Source of the DNA: Gammaproteobacteria bacterium GWE2_42_36
Lineage (GTDB): Bacteria > Pseudomonadota > Gammaproteobacteria > UBA12402
Assembly (NCBI GenBank): GCA_001801305.1
Contig: MGXH01000002.1
Location: forward strand, 3,054-67,053
Direction of reading: 5' to 3'
DNA: 64,000 nucleotides
This document shows, piece by piece, positions 28,400 to 39,345 of the stretch. The notes under the pieces are model-generated. The model saw only the letters and a program-made list of their open reading frames with translations, was not told where the DNA came from and searched no databases. The translations under genes were made by a program, and so were the position numbers. Position 1 is the first letter of the stretch, and every line of letters begins with the position of its first letter.

Positions 28400-28535
28400 A
28401 TTATCTTATCATAGCAGCATTTAATTTGTTATCTTCCAGGTAACTATTCAGCACGCTCGGGGAAACATTCATCTTTTGGATGCATTTAGAAGAGATGCTG
28501 GCGAATTCGCATTTTAGATAAAATAAGGAATCTGT

Positions 28536-29243
28536 GTGACTATCAAAATAGATGAGATTATTTGTTCTCGAAGAAAAACATTGGCGTTGCAAATCAATAG
28601 CGAAGGCAAGCTGATTGTTCGAGCGCCATATCGCATGCATCAATCCTTTATTGAACAATTTATTTCTCAAAAGAAAGAGTGGATTTTAGCCAAACAAGCG
28701 CAAGCGATAACTCGTCATCAATCGCGACAGACCCTTAAACATCGTTATTTGCCGGGTGAGAAATTTCGATTTTTAGGTCATGATTATCCTTTATGTCTGG
28801 TTGTCGCATCGAAAGAAGGTAAAACGAGGCTGGCTAAAAAGCTCAGGCTTTGCGATCAAGGATTTTTGATGCTTGAACAATATCAGCATCAAGCAAAAAA
28901 GTTATTTGTCGAATGGTATCAAAATGAAGCGCAGGTTTTTTTTGAAAACCAAGTGAAAGCGTATGCTGAAAAGCATCAATTGACTTATCGAGAGATTAAA
29001 GTCGGTCATGCGCGCAAACGATGGGGATCATGCAGTAGCCAAAAGAATTTGAATTTCAGTTGGCGATTAATGATGGCGCCAATCGAAGTGATTGACTATG
29101 TTATTGTGCACGAATTGGCGCATTTGGCGCATTTAAATCATTCAGCGGCATTTTGGTATCAGGTGAAACAGATGATGCCCGATTACGCCGTCCATAGGCA
29201 GTGGTTGAAGTCTTATGGGCATCAGCTGGAATTGTTGGAGTAA
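28536..29243 (+). CDS. YgjP/DUF45-family metal-dependent hydrolase (SprT/WLM-like zincin)
   Basis: 235 aa with a HExxH motif in a YgjP context (VIVHELAHLAHLNHS) and an upstream WGSCS motif. Confidence 0.7.
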   Translation: MTIKIDEIICSRRKTLALQINSEGKLIVRAPYRMHQSFIEQFISQKKEWILAKQAQAITRHQSRQTLKHRYLPGEKFRFLGHDYPLCLVVASKEGKTRLAKKLRLCDQGFLMLEQYQHQAKKLFVEWYQNEAQVFFENQVKAYAEKHQLTYREIKVGHARKRWGSCSSQKNLNFSWRLMMAPIEVIDYVIVHELAHLAHLNHSAAFWYQVKQMMPDYAVHRQWLKSYGHQLELLE

Positions 29244-29494
29244 ATGAGTCTTGCAAGCGAATGAAGGAAAAATAGTGCATTTTTCGTGAGAACTCCAAGC
29301 GCATTGTCAAAACGCGTGCTATCTTAATTGAATTCGGCTAAGATGCCGCCCGCGATTCTCGATTCCTCATCGCGCAAGGAATAATCTTATACCGTTTTTT
29401 GATGTGATTTTTAGCGTGGGAATTGCTAAGATGCCGCGCTTTGTAAATTATAGATACAGGCACGAAACTGAATCGAATTAAAGAGAGAAATAAT

Positions 29495-31321
29495 ATGATG
29501 CAACGTGAGCTTCGAAATATTGCGATTATCGCACATGTCGACCATGGCAAAACCACGCTGGTTGATAAATTATTACAACAATCCGGTACTTTCCATCAAC
29601 GTGCCCAGTTAGGCGAGCGCATCATGGACTCTAACGATTTAGAGCGTGAACGCGGTATTACGATTTTAGCGAAAAACACCGCCATCGAATGGAAAGGATT
29701 TCATATCAATATCGTTGACACACCAGGACATGCGGATTTTGGTGGTGAGGTCGAACGTATTTTATCGATGGTTGATTCTGTCTTATTGTTGGTTGATGCG
29801 GTAGATGGTCCTATGCCACAAACTCGTTTTGTGACGCAAAAAGCCTTTGCGCAGGGACTGAATCCTATTGTCGTGATTAATAAAGTGGACCGAGCCGAAG
29901 CACGTCCGGAATGGGTGGTAAACCAGGTTTTCGAATTATTTGATCGACTCGGCGCGACGGATAAGCAGCTCGATTTTCCCGTTATTTACACTTCAGCTAT
30001 TCAAGGTTATGCGACGTTGGATTTAAATGAGCCTTCGACCGATATGTCATCGCTTTTTAATATGATTATTGATCGGGTACCGCCCCCTGATGTTGATCTG
30101 AATGCGCCATTTCAAATGCAAATCAGCTCATTGGATTATTCCAGTTATGTGGGCTCTATTGGTATTGGTCGTATTAAACGTGGCATTGCGAAAGCCAATA
30201 TGTTGGTCACATTAATTGATCGCGATGGACAAACCAGAAAAGGAAGAATTTTACAAGTTTTCAGTCACTTAGGGTTGGAACGTCAAGAAGTTCCAGAGGC
30301 GTATGCAGGGGATATTATTGCGATTACCGGCATTGCTGATTTGAAAATTTCTGATACGTTGTGTGATCCGGGACAGGTCGTTGCGCTGCCGGCATTGACG
30401 GTCGATGAACCCACTGTGATGATGACTTTTCAGGTGAACACTTCTCCGTTTGCAGGGAAAGAAGGGAAATTTTTAACCAGTCGCCATTTGGGTGCACGAT
30501 TAGAGCGAGAGTTAATTCATAACGTGGCTTTGCGCGTTGAGAATACCGAAGATCCCGATAAATTTCGCGTATCGGGTCGAGGCGAATTGCATTTATCCAT
30601 TTTACTAGAAAATATGCGTCGGGAAGGCTATGAACTTGCCGTGTCACGTCCGGAAATTATTACGAAAATGATTGACGGGCGTTTATGTGAGCCTTATGAA
30701 GTCGTGACGATCGATATTGAAAATGCCAATCAGGGCGTGATCATGGAAGCGATGGGTATGCGTCGAGCAAAATTACAAGATATGCTTCCTGATAATAAAG
30801 GCAGAATTCGACTTGATTACCTGGTGGCCAGCCGTGCGCTCATTGGTTTTCATACGGATTTTCTAACGATGACATCAGGAACAGGGCTTATGTATCAAGC
30901 CTTTGATCATTTCGGCCCGCTCGATGAGCAACCACGTCATAAGCGTCCGAATGGGGTTTTAATTTCTAATGCCGCTGGAAAAGCGACCGGTTTTGCCCTG
31001 TTTAATTTGCAGGAACGAGGACGTATGATGATTGGTCCGCAAACCGAAGTGTATGAGGGCATGATCGTGGGTATTCATGCGCGGGATAATGATTTGGTCA
31101 TCAACATCACGAAGGAAAAACATTTAACCAATATTCGAGCAGCGGGTTCTGATGAAAATATTATTTTGGTGCCGCCAATTAAACTAAGCTTAGAACAAGC
31201 CCTCGATTTTATTGAGGACGATGAATTGGTCGAAATCACACCAAAACATATTCGATTACGAAAGAAAATGTTGATAGAATCAGATCGTCGCCGAGCCGGA
31301 AGAGAATCGAAAGAGGGGTAG
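29495..31321 (+). CDS. typA: translational GTPase TypA/BipA
   Basis: G1 motif [24 protein letters not shown] and NKVD, with EF-G-like domains. 608 aa. Confidence 0.93.
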   Translation: MMQRELRNIAIIAHVDHGKTTLVDKLLQQSGTFHQRAQLGERIMDSNDLERERGITILAKNTAIEWKGFHINIVDTPGHADFGGEVERILSMVDSVLLLVDAVDGPMPQTRFVTQKAFAQGLNPIVVINKVDRAEARPEWVVNQVFELFDRLGATDKQLDFPVIYTSAIQGYATLDLNEPSTDMSSLFNMIIDRVPPPDVDLNAPFQMQISSLDYSSYVGSIGIGRIKRGIAKANMLVTLIDRDGQTRKGRILQVFSHLGLERQEVPEAYAGDIIAITGIADLKISDTLCDPGQVVALPALTVDEPTVMMTFQVNTSPFAGKEGKFLTSRHLGARLERELIHNVALRVENTEDPDKFRVSGRGELHLSILLENMRREGYELAVSRPEIITKMIDGRLCEPYEVVTIDIENANQGVIMEAMGMRRAKLQDMLPDNKGRIRLDYLVASRALIGFHTDFLTMTSGTGLMYQAFDHFGPLDEQPRHKRPNGVLISNAAGKATGFALFNLQERGRMMIGPQTEVYEGMIVGIHARDNDLVINITKEKHLTNIRAAGSDENIILVPPIKLSLEQALDFIEDDELVEITPKHIRLRKKMLIESDRRRAGRESKEG

Positions 31322-31526
31322 CAGGAAAGGATGGAGTGGTCGCGTGTTACTTTGCGATGATTCTTGCGGGCATTATAACAAGATGCTCCTACGAGTTTTC
31401 GCACGTTTAGCGCCCCTTGTGAACATCCGGATGGGGAGAGGGTTTTCATGGGAATGAGACACAAATCAGATGTCTGTTCTTGTGAGCATGGCGTGTCCTT
31501 ATGCGATTTAACAAGGAGAAATAACA

Positions 31527-32906
31527 ATGCCATTAAGTGTTTTTGATTTGTTTTCAATAGGCATCGGCCCGTCTAGCTCGCACACCATGGGTCCCATGAG
31601 AGCGGCGCGACAATTTATGTCGACGTTAGAATCCATGAATTTACTCGATCAGGTTGAAACGATTAAAATTAAATTGTATGGTTCGCTCGCTTTTACGGGA
31701 AAAGGGCATGGTACCGATAAAGCGATTTTAATGGGATTGGAAGGACAATCGCCGGAGACGATCGATCCGGACCTGGTGACACCACGTTGTGAAGCGATCA
31801 GTGCAGAAAAAGCGATTAACCTCTTCGGGAAGAAAAAAATCCCCTTTGATCTCGAAAAATCTATGGTCTATATTTTTTCAAAAACCTTGCCGAAGCATTC
31901 CAACGGCATGCATTTTTTTGCTTATGGGAAAAAACGCGCTATTTTATTGGATAAAATTTATTATTCGATAGGCGGTGGTTTTATTATGACTGATGATCCT
32001 GTCGAAATAAAAATCCGCAAAAACATATCTCGACAAAAATACCCTTTTAACAAGGCCAAAGAACTATTTTCCTGGTGCCAAAAACAGGGATTGCGACCTT
32101 ATCAGGTGATTTTAGAAAACGAAAAAGTATCTCGAACGGAAAAGGAAATTTATGCGCAAGTGGAGCAGATTACACAAATTATGCATCAAGCGATCGAAAG
32201 GGGCTGTCATCGAAGCGGTATTTTGCCCGGTGGATTAAATGTTAAGCGCCGCGCACCGGAATTGTATAAAAAATTGTCTGCAATGAATTTAGAAATGACG
32301 GATCGAGAAACGAGTAGTATTGCCTGGATTCAAGCGTATGCGTTTGCGGTCAGCGAAGAAAATGCTGCGGGTGGGCGAGTTGTGACAGCTCCCACGAATG
32401 GATCTGCCGGCATTATCCCCGCTGTTTTGGAGTATTATAAAAAAAGCCATCCCACCGAAGCGACTGTTGAAAAAATTGTCGAATTTTTATTAACAGCCGG
32501 CGCGATTGGGATTCTTTATAAAACAGGTGCCTCGATTTCTGGTGCAGAAGTCGGCTGTCAGGGTGAAGTGGGGGTTGCCTGTTCGATGGCGGCGGGCGCT
32601 TTGACAGCGGTTTTAGGCGGCGATATTAAGCAAATCGAAAAAGCGGCTGAAATTGCGATGGAACACCATTTGGGATTAACATGTGATCCGGTCAAAGGAC
32701 TTGTGCAAATTCCCTGTATCGAGCGTAATGCCATTGCGGCTGTGACCGCCGTTAGTGCCGCAAAATTAACGTTGCTAGAATCCGGTGAACATCTTGTGTC
32801 ATTGGATGATGTGATTGCGACGATGAAACAGACCGGTCATGATATGCAAACAAAATATAAAGAAACGTCACAAGGTGGGTTGGCGGTCAATTTTACGGCG
32901 TGCTGA
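31527..32906 (+). CDS. sdaA: L-serine ammonia-lyase (iron-sulfur dependent, single chain)
   Basis: 459 aa. The N-terminus [21 protein letters not shown] is the SDH beta-domain signature. The C-terminal alpha domain carries Cys motifs ([14 protein letters not shown]). Confidence 0.9.
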   Translation: MPLSVFDLFSIGIGPSSSHTMGPMRAARQFMSTLESMNLLDQVETIKIKLYGSLAFTGKGHGTDKAILMGLEGQSPETIDPDLVTPRCEAISAEKAINLFGKKKIPFDLEKSMVYIFSKTLPKHSNGMHFFAYGKKRAILLDKIYYSIGGGFIMTDDPVEIKIRKNISRQKYPFNKAKELFSWCQKQGLRPYQVILENEKVSRTEKEIYAQVEQITQIMHQAIERGCHRSGILPGGLNVKRRAPELYKKLSAMNLEMTDRETSSIAWIQAYAFAVSEENAAGGRVVTAPTNGSAGIIPAVLEYYKKSHPTEATVEKIVEFLLTAGAIGILYKTGASISGAEVGCQGEVGVACSMAAGALTAVLGGDIKQIEKAAEIAMEHHLGLTCDPVKGLVQIPCIERNAIAAVTAVSAAKLTLLESGEHLVSLDDVIATMKQTGHDMQTKYKETSQGGLAVNFTAC

Positions 32907-33031
32907 TTGGGCTTGTGTGAAAAGCGATCTGCTTTGTTATCTTCCTCGCTCGCCATGCTCATGCTATATTTAATACACTCCGCTGGCTCGCTTGTCGATG
33001 CCTCTCATCTCATCTTTTCACACAAGCCCAA
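32907..33031. repeat. 125-bp element bounded by perfect 18-bp terminal inverted repeats (ttgggcttgtgtgaaaag ... cttttcacacaagcccaa)
   Basis: Inverted repeats read directly from the sequence. The element begins at the first base after the sdaA stop codon; its 89-bp interior is non-coding. Confidence 0.45.
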
Positions 33032-33217
33032 TAGACATCAAGAATCGCGAGGATGAACGGGGTTGTGTCGTTACGCGACGATGTTTTTATTATTTTGCAA
33101 CCAATAACAATCTCTTACCGAAAAATGGTGCGTTTGTTTGCAGCCCAATGCTTCTCCCGAATTTGCGTTAAGCGCTCTAAGTAGAGCGCCATTGCCATCA
33201 GCTTGTAGAGATTCGTT

Positions 33218-33574
33218 TTAAACGAGGCGAGCCGCAGTAGCTAGTGCTTTTGCAAGGGGTGCTTTATCGTGATCTTTACCATGCGTAAAAAAAGTTGTAA
33301 AAAACCTATTCACAGGATTATTGCTGCGCATCGCACATGACGCTATAGTAGCAGTCGCAACTGTTGAGGCAGCACCGAAGGCGGTTACAGCACCAGAAAG
33401 CGCTTTTGTTGAAATAGGCTGATCGTCCAAAAATGACAACACACAGAGCACCGCACCATACGCTGTACCAAGCCCATTGAGTACAGTTAAAGAAACGAAA
33501 GCAGTTGCAAGAAAAAGATCAACATTCTTACCTGGGCAATGGCATTTACCATCATTTTCGTTTTGCATATTCAA
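33218..33574 (-). CDS. small Ala/Gly/Thr-rich hypothetical protein with two hydrophobic segments
   Basis: A 118-aa ORF downstream of, and co-oriented with, the EnhA-like gene. There is no homology signal, so coding status is uncertain. Confidence 0.3.
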   Translation of the reverse strand: MNMQNENDGKCHCPGKNVDLFLATAFVSLTVLNGLGTAYGAVLCVLSFLDDQPISTKALSGAVTAFGAASTVATATIASCAMRSNNPVNRFFTTFFTHGKDHDKAPLAKALATAARLV

Positions 33575-33736
33575 TTACTCCTGCATTATTATTTGAAAGT
33601 ATATAAATGGTAGACTACAAAAAATCATTTCGCCAAAAATTTCGAGAAAAACATTGGGTGTTTCTTTATTACCCGAACGTAAGGTGCTTTGATATCCACC
33701 GCGTACACAATCCATTCGCTCACCCCTCAACGTTTC

Positions 33737-34447
33737 TTATGCACTGACAAACGTCGAATGCGATAGCCAATTTTGATCGGGATAATACGCTAAAATAATC
33801 GAATTATCTTTGATGGTTTGGATAATAGGTTGGCTCTCTGTCTCGCTTAAAGCAGGGCATCCCCAACTACGTCCTAATCGCCCATGTTGCTGTAAAAAGG
33901 AGGGATCAACATACCAAGCGGGATGAATCACCACCGTTCTTTTGTAAAGATTGTCATTCACGCCTTTTTCTAAGCCATATAATCGCAAAGAATACCCATG
34001 CTTACCCATGTAGGTATCTCCCGTTAAATACACGCCTAGGCTTGATGCGTCGCTGCTTGCTTGATTAGAAAAATGAGAGGCATAGACATCGCCGCTGCTT
34101 TTCCCATGTGCGACATAAGTATCAAATAACACTTTACTGTTATCGAGATCTATGACAAAAAATCGTTTTTCAAAGGATGGCTTAGAATAATCAATGATCG
34201 TTAAAACGTCTTTAACGGGTATGCCTTCTTCTTTGGCATGATTAAATGCAGCAAGACCTAACGTTAAAATATTTTTCTGTAGATTAGGGGCTTGTTGTAA
34301 AATTTGGTTAATGTGGGGGGCAGGTGCACTTGCTGTATTCTGTGCTTGGACGGCTAGACTACTGGTAAGTAAAAGCGCTAATAGCCATATTTTTTTTAAT
34401 ATCATTCTGGATCCTTTTATCTTAGAGGTTGCTTGTTTTTTATACAT
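33737..34447 (-). CDS. L,D-transpeptidase-fold periplasmic protein (EnhA-like / murein L,D-transpeptidase catalytic domain family)
   Basis: Signal peptide (MILKKIWLLALLLTSSLAVQA, so the start is probably Met15, about 34405). The C-terminal HGRLGRSWGCPAL resembles the YkuD catalytic His/Cys region. Confidence 0.6.
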   Translation of the reverse strand: MYKKQATSKIKGSRMILKKIWLLALLLTSSLAVQAQNTASAPAPHINQILQQAPNLQKNILTLGLAAFNHAKEEGIPVKDVLTIIDYSKPSFEKRFFVIDLDNSKVLFDTYVAHGKSSGDVYASHFSNQASSDASSLGVYLTGDTYMGKHGYSLRLYGLEKGVNDNLYKRTVVIHPAWYVDPSFLQQHGRLGRSWGCPALSETESQPIIQTIKDNSIILAYYPDQNWLSHSTFVSA

Positions 34448-34557
34448 ATCAAACAGTATAGACGAGATTTTAAAAAATGCCGCAGGAATTTATTGACGAT
34501 TAAGCTTTCAGTCGCTAAGGTGCATGTTCGGTGAAAACTTAACGATAGAAAATCACG

Positions 34558-35844
34558 ATGGATTTTACAGAACACGACACACGCAATACCCCTACGAGGA
34601 CTTTTCATCCTTTGCAGTTTGCCATGATTACCGTCATCATGGTGTTGTTAATTACCTTAAGTATTAGTTATTTGGCTAAACCGCAAGCGCCACCGCCCGC
34701 AGTTCCTCAACCTATTCTTGTACCCCCTCAGGCTGCAGTGCCTTGGACGATTGATAGACTGGCGCATGGGGAAACGCTACAGGCATTTTTTAAACGATTA
34801 AATATTGACGCAGCGACATATCAATCGATTATTATTTTACCTGCTGTCAAAAATGCTGAACGAACTTTTCGACCTGATCGCGATGCTTATTTTTTGTTTA
34901 ATGCACAGCATCAACTCGAACGATTTGTTTATCCCATTGATACCGAGCATCATCTGGAAGTAACCCGTATCAATAATCAATATCGCGCCGAAGTGACGAC
35001 TATTCCATTGACCCCAAAATTAATTACTGTTCGGGGAAGTATCCAAACTTCTTTAGCGACTGCCTTGCGACAAGCGGGCATTTCAAATGCATTAGCCAAT
35101 AATTTTATCAATGCGTTTAATTGGGATGCGGGATTTGCTCGACAACTTCAGCGTGGAGATCGATTTGCATTAGTGTATGATGACTTTTATGCAAATGGCA
35201 CGAAGGTTAAGACAGGGCCGATACTGGCTGCTGAATTAACGGCGCCTAATAATGTGTATCGCGTCATCGGTTATCAAGATGCCAGTGGTCAAATTAACTA
35301 CTACACCCCGAATGGCGCTAGTTTAAAAAAAGCTTTTTTACGAGCCCCGCTGCATTATAAATATATTAGCTCTCCCTTTACTTATCATCGTTATCATCCT
35401 TTATTGCATATTGTCCGGCCGCATTTAGGGGTTGATTTTGCTGCGCCGACCGGCACGCCGATTTATGCGGCATCAGATGGACGAATTGCTTTTAGAGGTC
35501 GTCATGGCGGGTATGGTAACGTGATCATGATTCAACATCCGCACGGCATATCGACCGTTTATGCGCATCTTTCAGATTTCGCGTCCCAATTCCATTTAGG
35601 TAGTTATGTCAAAGAAGGACAAACCATTGGTTATGTCGGTGAAACAGGGCTCGCAACTGGTTCACACTTACATTATGAATTTCGTATCGGCGGCGTGCCC
35701 CATAATCCGATGACGGTGCAATTGCCAACGGCTAATCCGATTACTCAGAGAGAAATGCCGGCCTTTTCTGGTTATGTGAAACGCATGATCGATCTGATGG
35801 ATCAATCGCAACAAACAGCAACAACAATAGCAAAAACAGCTTAA
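34558..35844 (+). CDS. M23-family murein DD-endopeptidase (MepM/YebA-like) with an OapA/LysM-like domain
   Basis: N-terminal TM segment, OapA-like region (WTIDRLAHGETLQAFFKRLNID) and M23 motifs HLGVDFAAPTGTPIYAASDGRI and GSHLHYEF. Confidence 0.85.
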   Translation: MDFTEHDTRNTPTRTFHPLQFAMITVIMVLLITLSISYLAKPQAPPPAVPQPILVPPQAAVPWTIDRLAHGETLQAFFKRLNIDAATYQSIIILPAVKNAERTFRPDRDAYFLFNAQHQLERFVYPIDTEHHLEVTRINNQYRAEVTTIPLTPKLITVRGSIQTSLATALRQAGISNALANNFINAFNWDAGFARQLQRGDRFALVYDDFYANGTKVKTGPILAAELTAPNNVYRVIGYQDASGQINYYTPNGASLKKAFLRAPLHYKYISSPFTYHRYHPLLHIVRPHLGVDFAAPTGTPIYAASDGRIAFRGRHGGYGNVIMIQHPHGISTVYAHLSDFASQFHLGSYVKEGQTIGYVGETGLATGSHLHYEFRIGGVPHNPMTVQLPTANPITQREMPAFSGYVKRMIDLMDQSQQTATTIAKTA

Positions 35845-36005
35845 TTTGATCGATGGCTAGAAAAAAATAAAAAATCGAGCGGCCGTTATTATTTTCAAAT
35901 TTTTATAGCTGTCCTGTAGAAAAGCGTAGTCAGAAAAATATAATTGACTTCGTTTTAATTTATTATACAGTACGCTTTCTTTGAAACTTAATGAAGGATT
36001 ATATA

Positions 36006-36749
36006 ATGAGAAAACTAGCTTTAGTTGCTGCAGCCGCAGCTTCTTTATGTTCGCTTGCAACGTATGCCGCTGGCGTGCCAGATCAAACTTCAGCACCAAC
36101 AGCCGCACTTTCATACAGCGCGTTTGATGGTACCTACATTGGCGTTGCGGCGGGTGTTACTCATATGACCAACCAAGCGCAAATGTTTGATAATGGCGCT
36201 CTCGATTTAACAAATGTACGTAGTCATGCCGGAACCGACAGGGTGACAGGCATGTTATTTGGTGGTTATGGTTTAGCTTTTAATCAATATTACGTCGGCG
36301 GTGAACTATTTGGCCGACCCGGCATGCAAAGCAACTCTGATGTGACAGGTTCTGATGTCTCTACTATCGATGGTAGTTCGAGCAATACAAGCTTTGATAG
36401 GGTTCAGGATAAGTTTTCGTTTGGGGGTGCATTTAAAGGGGGATATGTTTTAACGCAAGATGTGATGGCTTATGCTTTGGTAGGTCCAGATGTAACAAGA
36501 TTTAAATCTACAGTTACGGATGAAATTGGCACTGTATCAACATTTACAGATACAAAAGTGGGTGTTTTAACTGGTTTAGGCGGATCAGTCGCCATAGCAT
36601 CCAATGTTTTATTAAACATGGAATATACCTATTCATTCTATAGTCCAATTAGACATCATTTCACAGATAGCGTTGATGGGGATTTAATTTCAACAAAATT
36701 AACACCTTATCGGGGCCGATTCTGGGTAGGTGCTTCTTATTTGTTTTAG
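36006..36749 (+). CDS. outer-membrane beta-barrel protein (porin/OmpA-membrane-like)
   Basis: Signal peptide MRKLALVAAAAASLCSLATYAAG. The start was taken at Met6 of the track ORF, with an AAGGA Shine-Dalgarno. The sequence has alternating amphipathic beta strands and a C-terminal aromatic residue (...GASYLF). Confidence 0.65.
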   Translation: MRKLALVAAAAASLCSLATYAAGVPDQTSAPTAALSYSAFDGTYIGVAAGVTHMTNQAQMFDNGALDLTNVRSHAGTDRVTGMLFGGYGLAFNQYYVGGELFGRPGMQSNSDVTGSDVSTIDGSSSNTSFDRVQDKFSFGGAFKGGYVLTQDVMAYALVGPDVTRFKSTVTDEIGTVSTFTDTKVGVLTGLGGSVAIASNVLLNMEYTYSFYSPIRHHFTDSVDGDLISTKLTPYRGRFWVGASYLF

Positions 36750-36770
36750 TTAATAAATTATTAGTAACTC

Positions 36771-36819
36771 AAAAAACGGCTGGGCTGCAAGAGATTGCGA
36801 TCCGGCCGTTTTTTTTTGT
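36771..36819. terminator. bidirectional rho-independent terminator (A6, GC hairpin, T9) between convergent OMP and GH65 genes
   Basis: aaaaaacggctgggct..gatccggccgttttttttt: an imperfect stem of roughly 8 bp flanked by an A-run and a T-run. Confidence 0.5.
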
Positions 36820-36843
36820 GGTTAGAAAATTAAGTTTGTATAT

Positions 36844-36874
36844 AAGGGACACGGCGTATCGTGCCCTTTTTTTT
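36844..36874. repeat. REP-like palindrome copy D (aagggacacggcgtatcgtgccctt) followed by T8
   Basis: Related to the elements at 6495, 7626 and 7689. It could double as a second terminator. Confidence 0.4.
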
Positions 36875-36879
36875 CGATA

Positions 36880-39204
36880 TTATTCTATTTTTGCCTGAAT
36901 CGATTGACGCGCTGGAATCGTATACTCGTGATCAAACAATATGAGCGTAATGGATTCTTTCGATTGATTTTCAATTTTAACCATTTCATTCGTCGCAGTG
37001 ATTTGTAAGAGATGATTTCTAAACATCACTTTGAAAGAAAACTGCTTCCACTGTTTGGGTATGCATGGATTGAAATGCAGGCAGTCATTTTTCACTCGCA
37101 TACCACCAAAACCTTGTACAACCGCCATCCAAGTGCCAGCCATACTGGTGATATGACAACCATCGCAGGTATCGTTATTGTAATCGTCCAGATCCAAGCG
37201 AGCAGTTCGTAAATACATTTCATACGCTTTGTCATGATAGCCGAGTTTTGTTGCTAAAATCGTGTGCACACAAGGGGACAAGGACGATTCATGCACGGTG
37301 CGCGGCTCATAGAAATCAAAATTTCTTCGAAGCGTTTCGAGATCATAACGGTCTTCAAAGAAATAGAGTCCTTGTAACACATCCGCTTGTTTAATAAAGC
37401 AAGATCGCAAAATACGATCCCATGACCATTTTTGATTGATGGGTCGTTCTTTTGGATCCAAATCTTTGACTAAGACTTGCTCCTTATCCATGTAACCTTC
37501 TTGCTGCAAGAAAATTTTCAAATTGTCCTCACAAGGGAAGTGCATGTGATCGATAATGTGTTGCCAAGCTTCCGTTTCAGTGCCTGCTTTTAATTTTGTT
37601 TGCTTCAAAATTTGTTCATATGTTTCAGGGTGACTTTTTTGAATGTCAGACAAACTTTTGATGGTGTATTCCATCGTCCAGCAAGCGATGGTATTGGTAT
37701 ACCAATTATTATTCACATTGTTTTCATATTCGTTAGGACCTGTCACACCGAGCATGACGTATTGATTTTTGGCAATCGACCAATTAACGCGTTGTGCCCA
37801 GAAACGGGAAATGCCAATCAATACTTCCAACCCGTAGTTGATTAAGTAATGCTGATCCCCGGTATATCGTGTGTAATTAAAAATAGCATAGGCAATGGCA
37901 CCATTACGATGGATTTCTTCAAACGTGATTTCCCATTCGTTATGACATTCTTCGCCATTCATCGTAACCATCGGATATAAAGCCGCGCCTGAATGAAATC
38001 CCAATTTTTTCGCATTTTCGATGGCACGATCTAGTTGTTTATAACGATACAATAGTAAATTACGCGCTACTTTTTCATCGGCCGTACTGAGATAAAAAGG
38101 AATACAATAAGCTTCCGTATCCCAATACGTACTGCCGCCATACTTTTCACCGGTAAATCCTTTAGGTCCGATGTTTAACCGTTCGTCTTCGCCGGTATAC
38201 GTTTGATTGAGCTGGAAGATATTAAATCGAATCCCTTGTTGGGCCGCAATATCGCCTTCGATAATAATATCGCTTTCTTGCCATTTTTTATCCCAAGCAG
38301 CGACTTGTTCTTGAAGTAATTTCTCAAAACCTAGTTGATAGGCCGCGTGAAGCGCTTTTTCACAAGCGACATGGAGCGCTGGTTTTTCATGATTGAGAGA
38401 GGAAACAATCGCGGCATATTTTTCAATGACGGTTTCTTGATTTTGTTTGCAGGAGACCGTGACAGTGCTGGCAATATATTTTCTTTTTTCAGTAGGAACT
38501 GGATTGAGTGACAATTTTTTGCCATTTTGTAAGATGTCAAATTGCATTCCCACGCATACGTGGAAATCGAGCTTTTTTGTTTTGACAGTAACATAACCTT
38601 CTTGCCCCTCAATCGATTGATCAAGTGCCGCCCAAAATTTCATGCGATAATTGGAATCTTCATTTTCAATATCGCCATCGATATAAGGCGTGATGGTTAA
38701 TTGACCATCAAAATTTAGTGGTTTGACGACGTAGCGAATAGCGCCGACTTCAGAGTGAGTAATGCTTAAAAAGCGAATCGTATTTACCTGGATTTCTTTT
38801 TTGCTCGGCAATACGGCAATAAATGAACGCGTCAAAACACCTTCTTTCATATTCAAAACACGTGTGAATTGCTTGATTTCACAAGTCGCTAAGTCGAGCG
38901 GCTCATCGTCGATTGATAGATTAATACCAATCCAATTAGGGGCATTGAGCACTTTGGCGAAATATTTCGGATAGCCATTTTTCCACCAGCCCACTTTGGT
39001 TTTATCTGGAAAATAAATGCCGGCAATATAGCTGCCCTGGAAAGTATCACCGCTGTATTGTTCTTCAAAATTAGCGCGTTGTCCCATCGCGCCATTACCT
39101 AAACTGCATAAGCTTTCAGTAATACGGTTATATTGCGGATAAAATTGATCTTCAATGATTTTCCATGGATCGCGGGTGATGTATTCTTTGATGAGGCTGG
39201 CCAT
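36880..39204 (-). CDS. GH65 glycoside-hydrolase-family disaccharide phosphorylase (maltose / trehalose / kojibiose phosphorylase type)
   Basis: 774 aa. The N-terminus matches maltose-phosphorylase folds. The catalytic-acid motif GPNEYENNVNNNWYTN has the GP(D/N)EY signature, within an (alpha/alpha)6 barrel. Confidence 0.85.
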   Translation of the reverse strand: MASLIKEYITRDPWKIIEDQFYPQYNRITESLCSLGNGAMGQRANFEEQYSGDTFQGSYIAGIYFPDKTKVGWWKNGYPKYFAKVLNAPNWIGINLSIDDEPLDLATCEIKQFTRVLNMKEGVLTRSFIAVLPSKKEIQVNTIRFLSITHSEVGAIRYVVKPLNFDGQLTITPYIDGDIENEDSNYRMKFWAALDQSIEGQEGYVTVKTKKLDFHVCVGMQFDILQNGKKLSLNPVPTEKRKYIASTVTVSCKQNQETVIEKYAAIVSSLNHEKPALHVACEKALHAAYQLGFEKLLQEQVAAWDKKWQESDIIIEGDIAAQQGIRFNIFQLNQTYTGEDERLNIGPKGFTGEKYGGSTYWDTEAYCIPFYLSTADEKVARNLLLYRYKQLDRAIENAKKLGFHSGAALYPMVTMNGEECHNEWEITFEEIHRNGAIAYAIFNYTRYTGDQHYLINYGLEVLIGISRFWAQRVNWSIAKNQYVMLGVTGPNEYENNVNNNWYTNTIACWTMEYTIKSLSDIQKSHPETYEQILKQTKLKAGTETEAWQHIIDHMHFPCEDNLKIFLQQEGYMDKEQVLVKDLDPKERPINQKWSWDRILRSCFIKQADVLQGLYFFEDRYDLETLRRNFDFYEPRTVHESSLSPCVHTILATKLGYHDKAYEMYLRTARLDLDDYNNDTCDGCHITSMAGTWMAVVQGFGGMRVKNDCLHFNPCIPKQWKQFSFKVMFRNHLLQITATNEMVKIENQSKESITLILFDHEYTIPARQSIQAKIE

Positions 39205-39345
39205 AATAGTTCCTTCATATGTTTATTTCTTTAATGGGTAAGATTTATTCTTAATTCCAAATGAATGCGCAACATATTCTCTAATGCTTAACCCATTTGG
39301 TCAAATAAAATGTGCGAAGTAGTGGTTATTGTGATTGTGGCTGTT

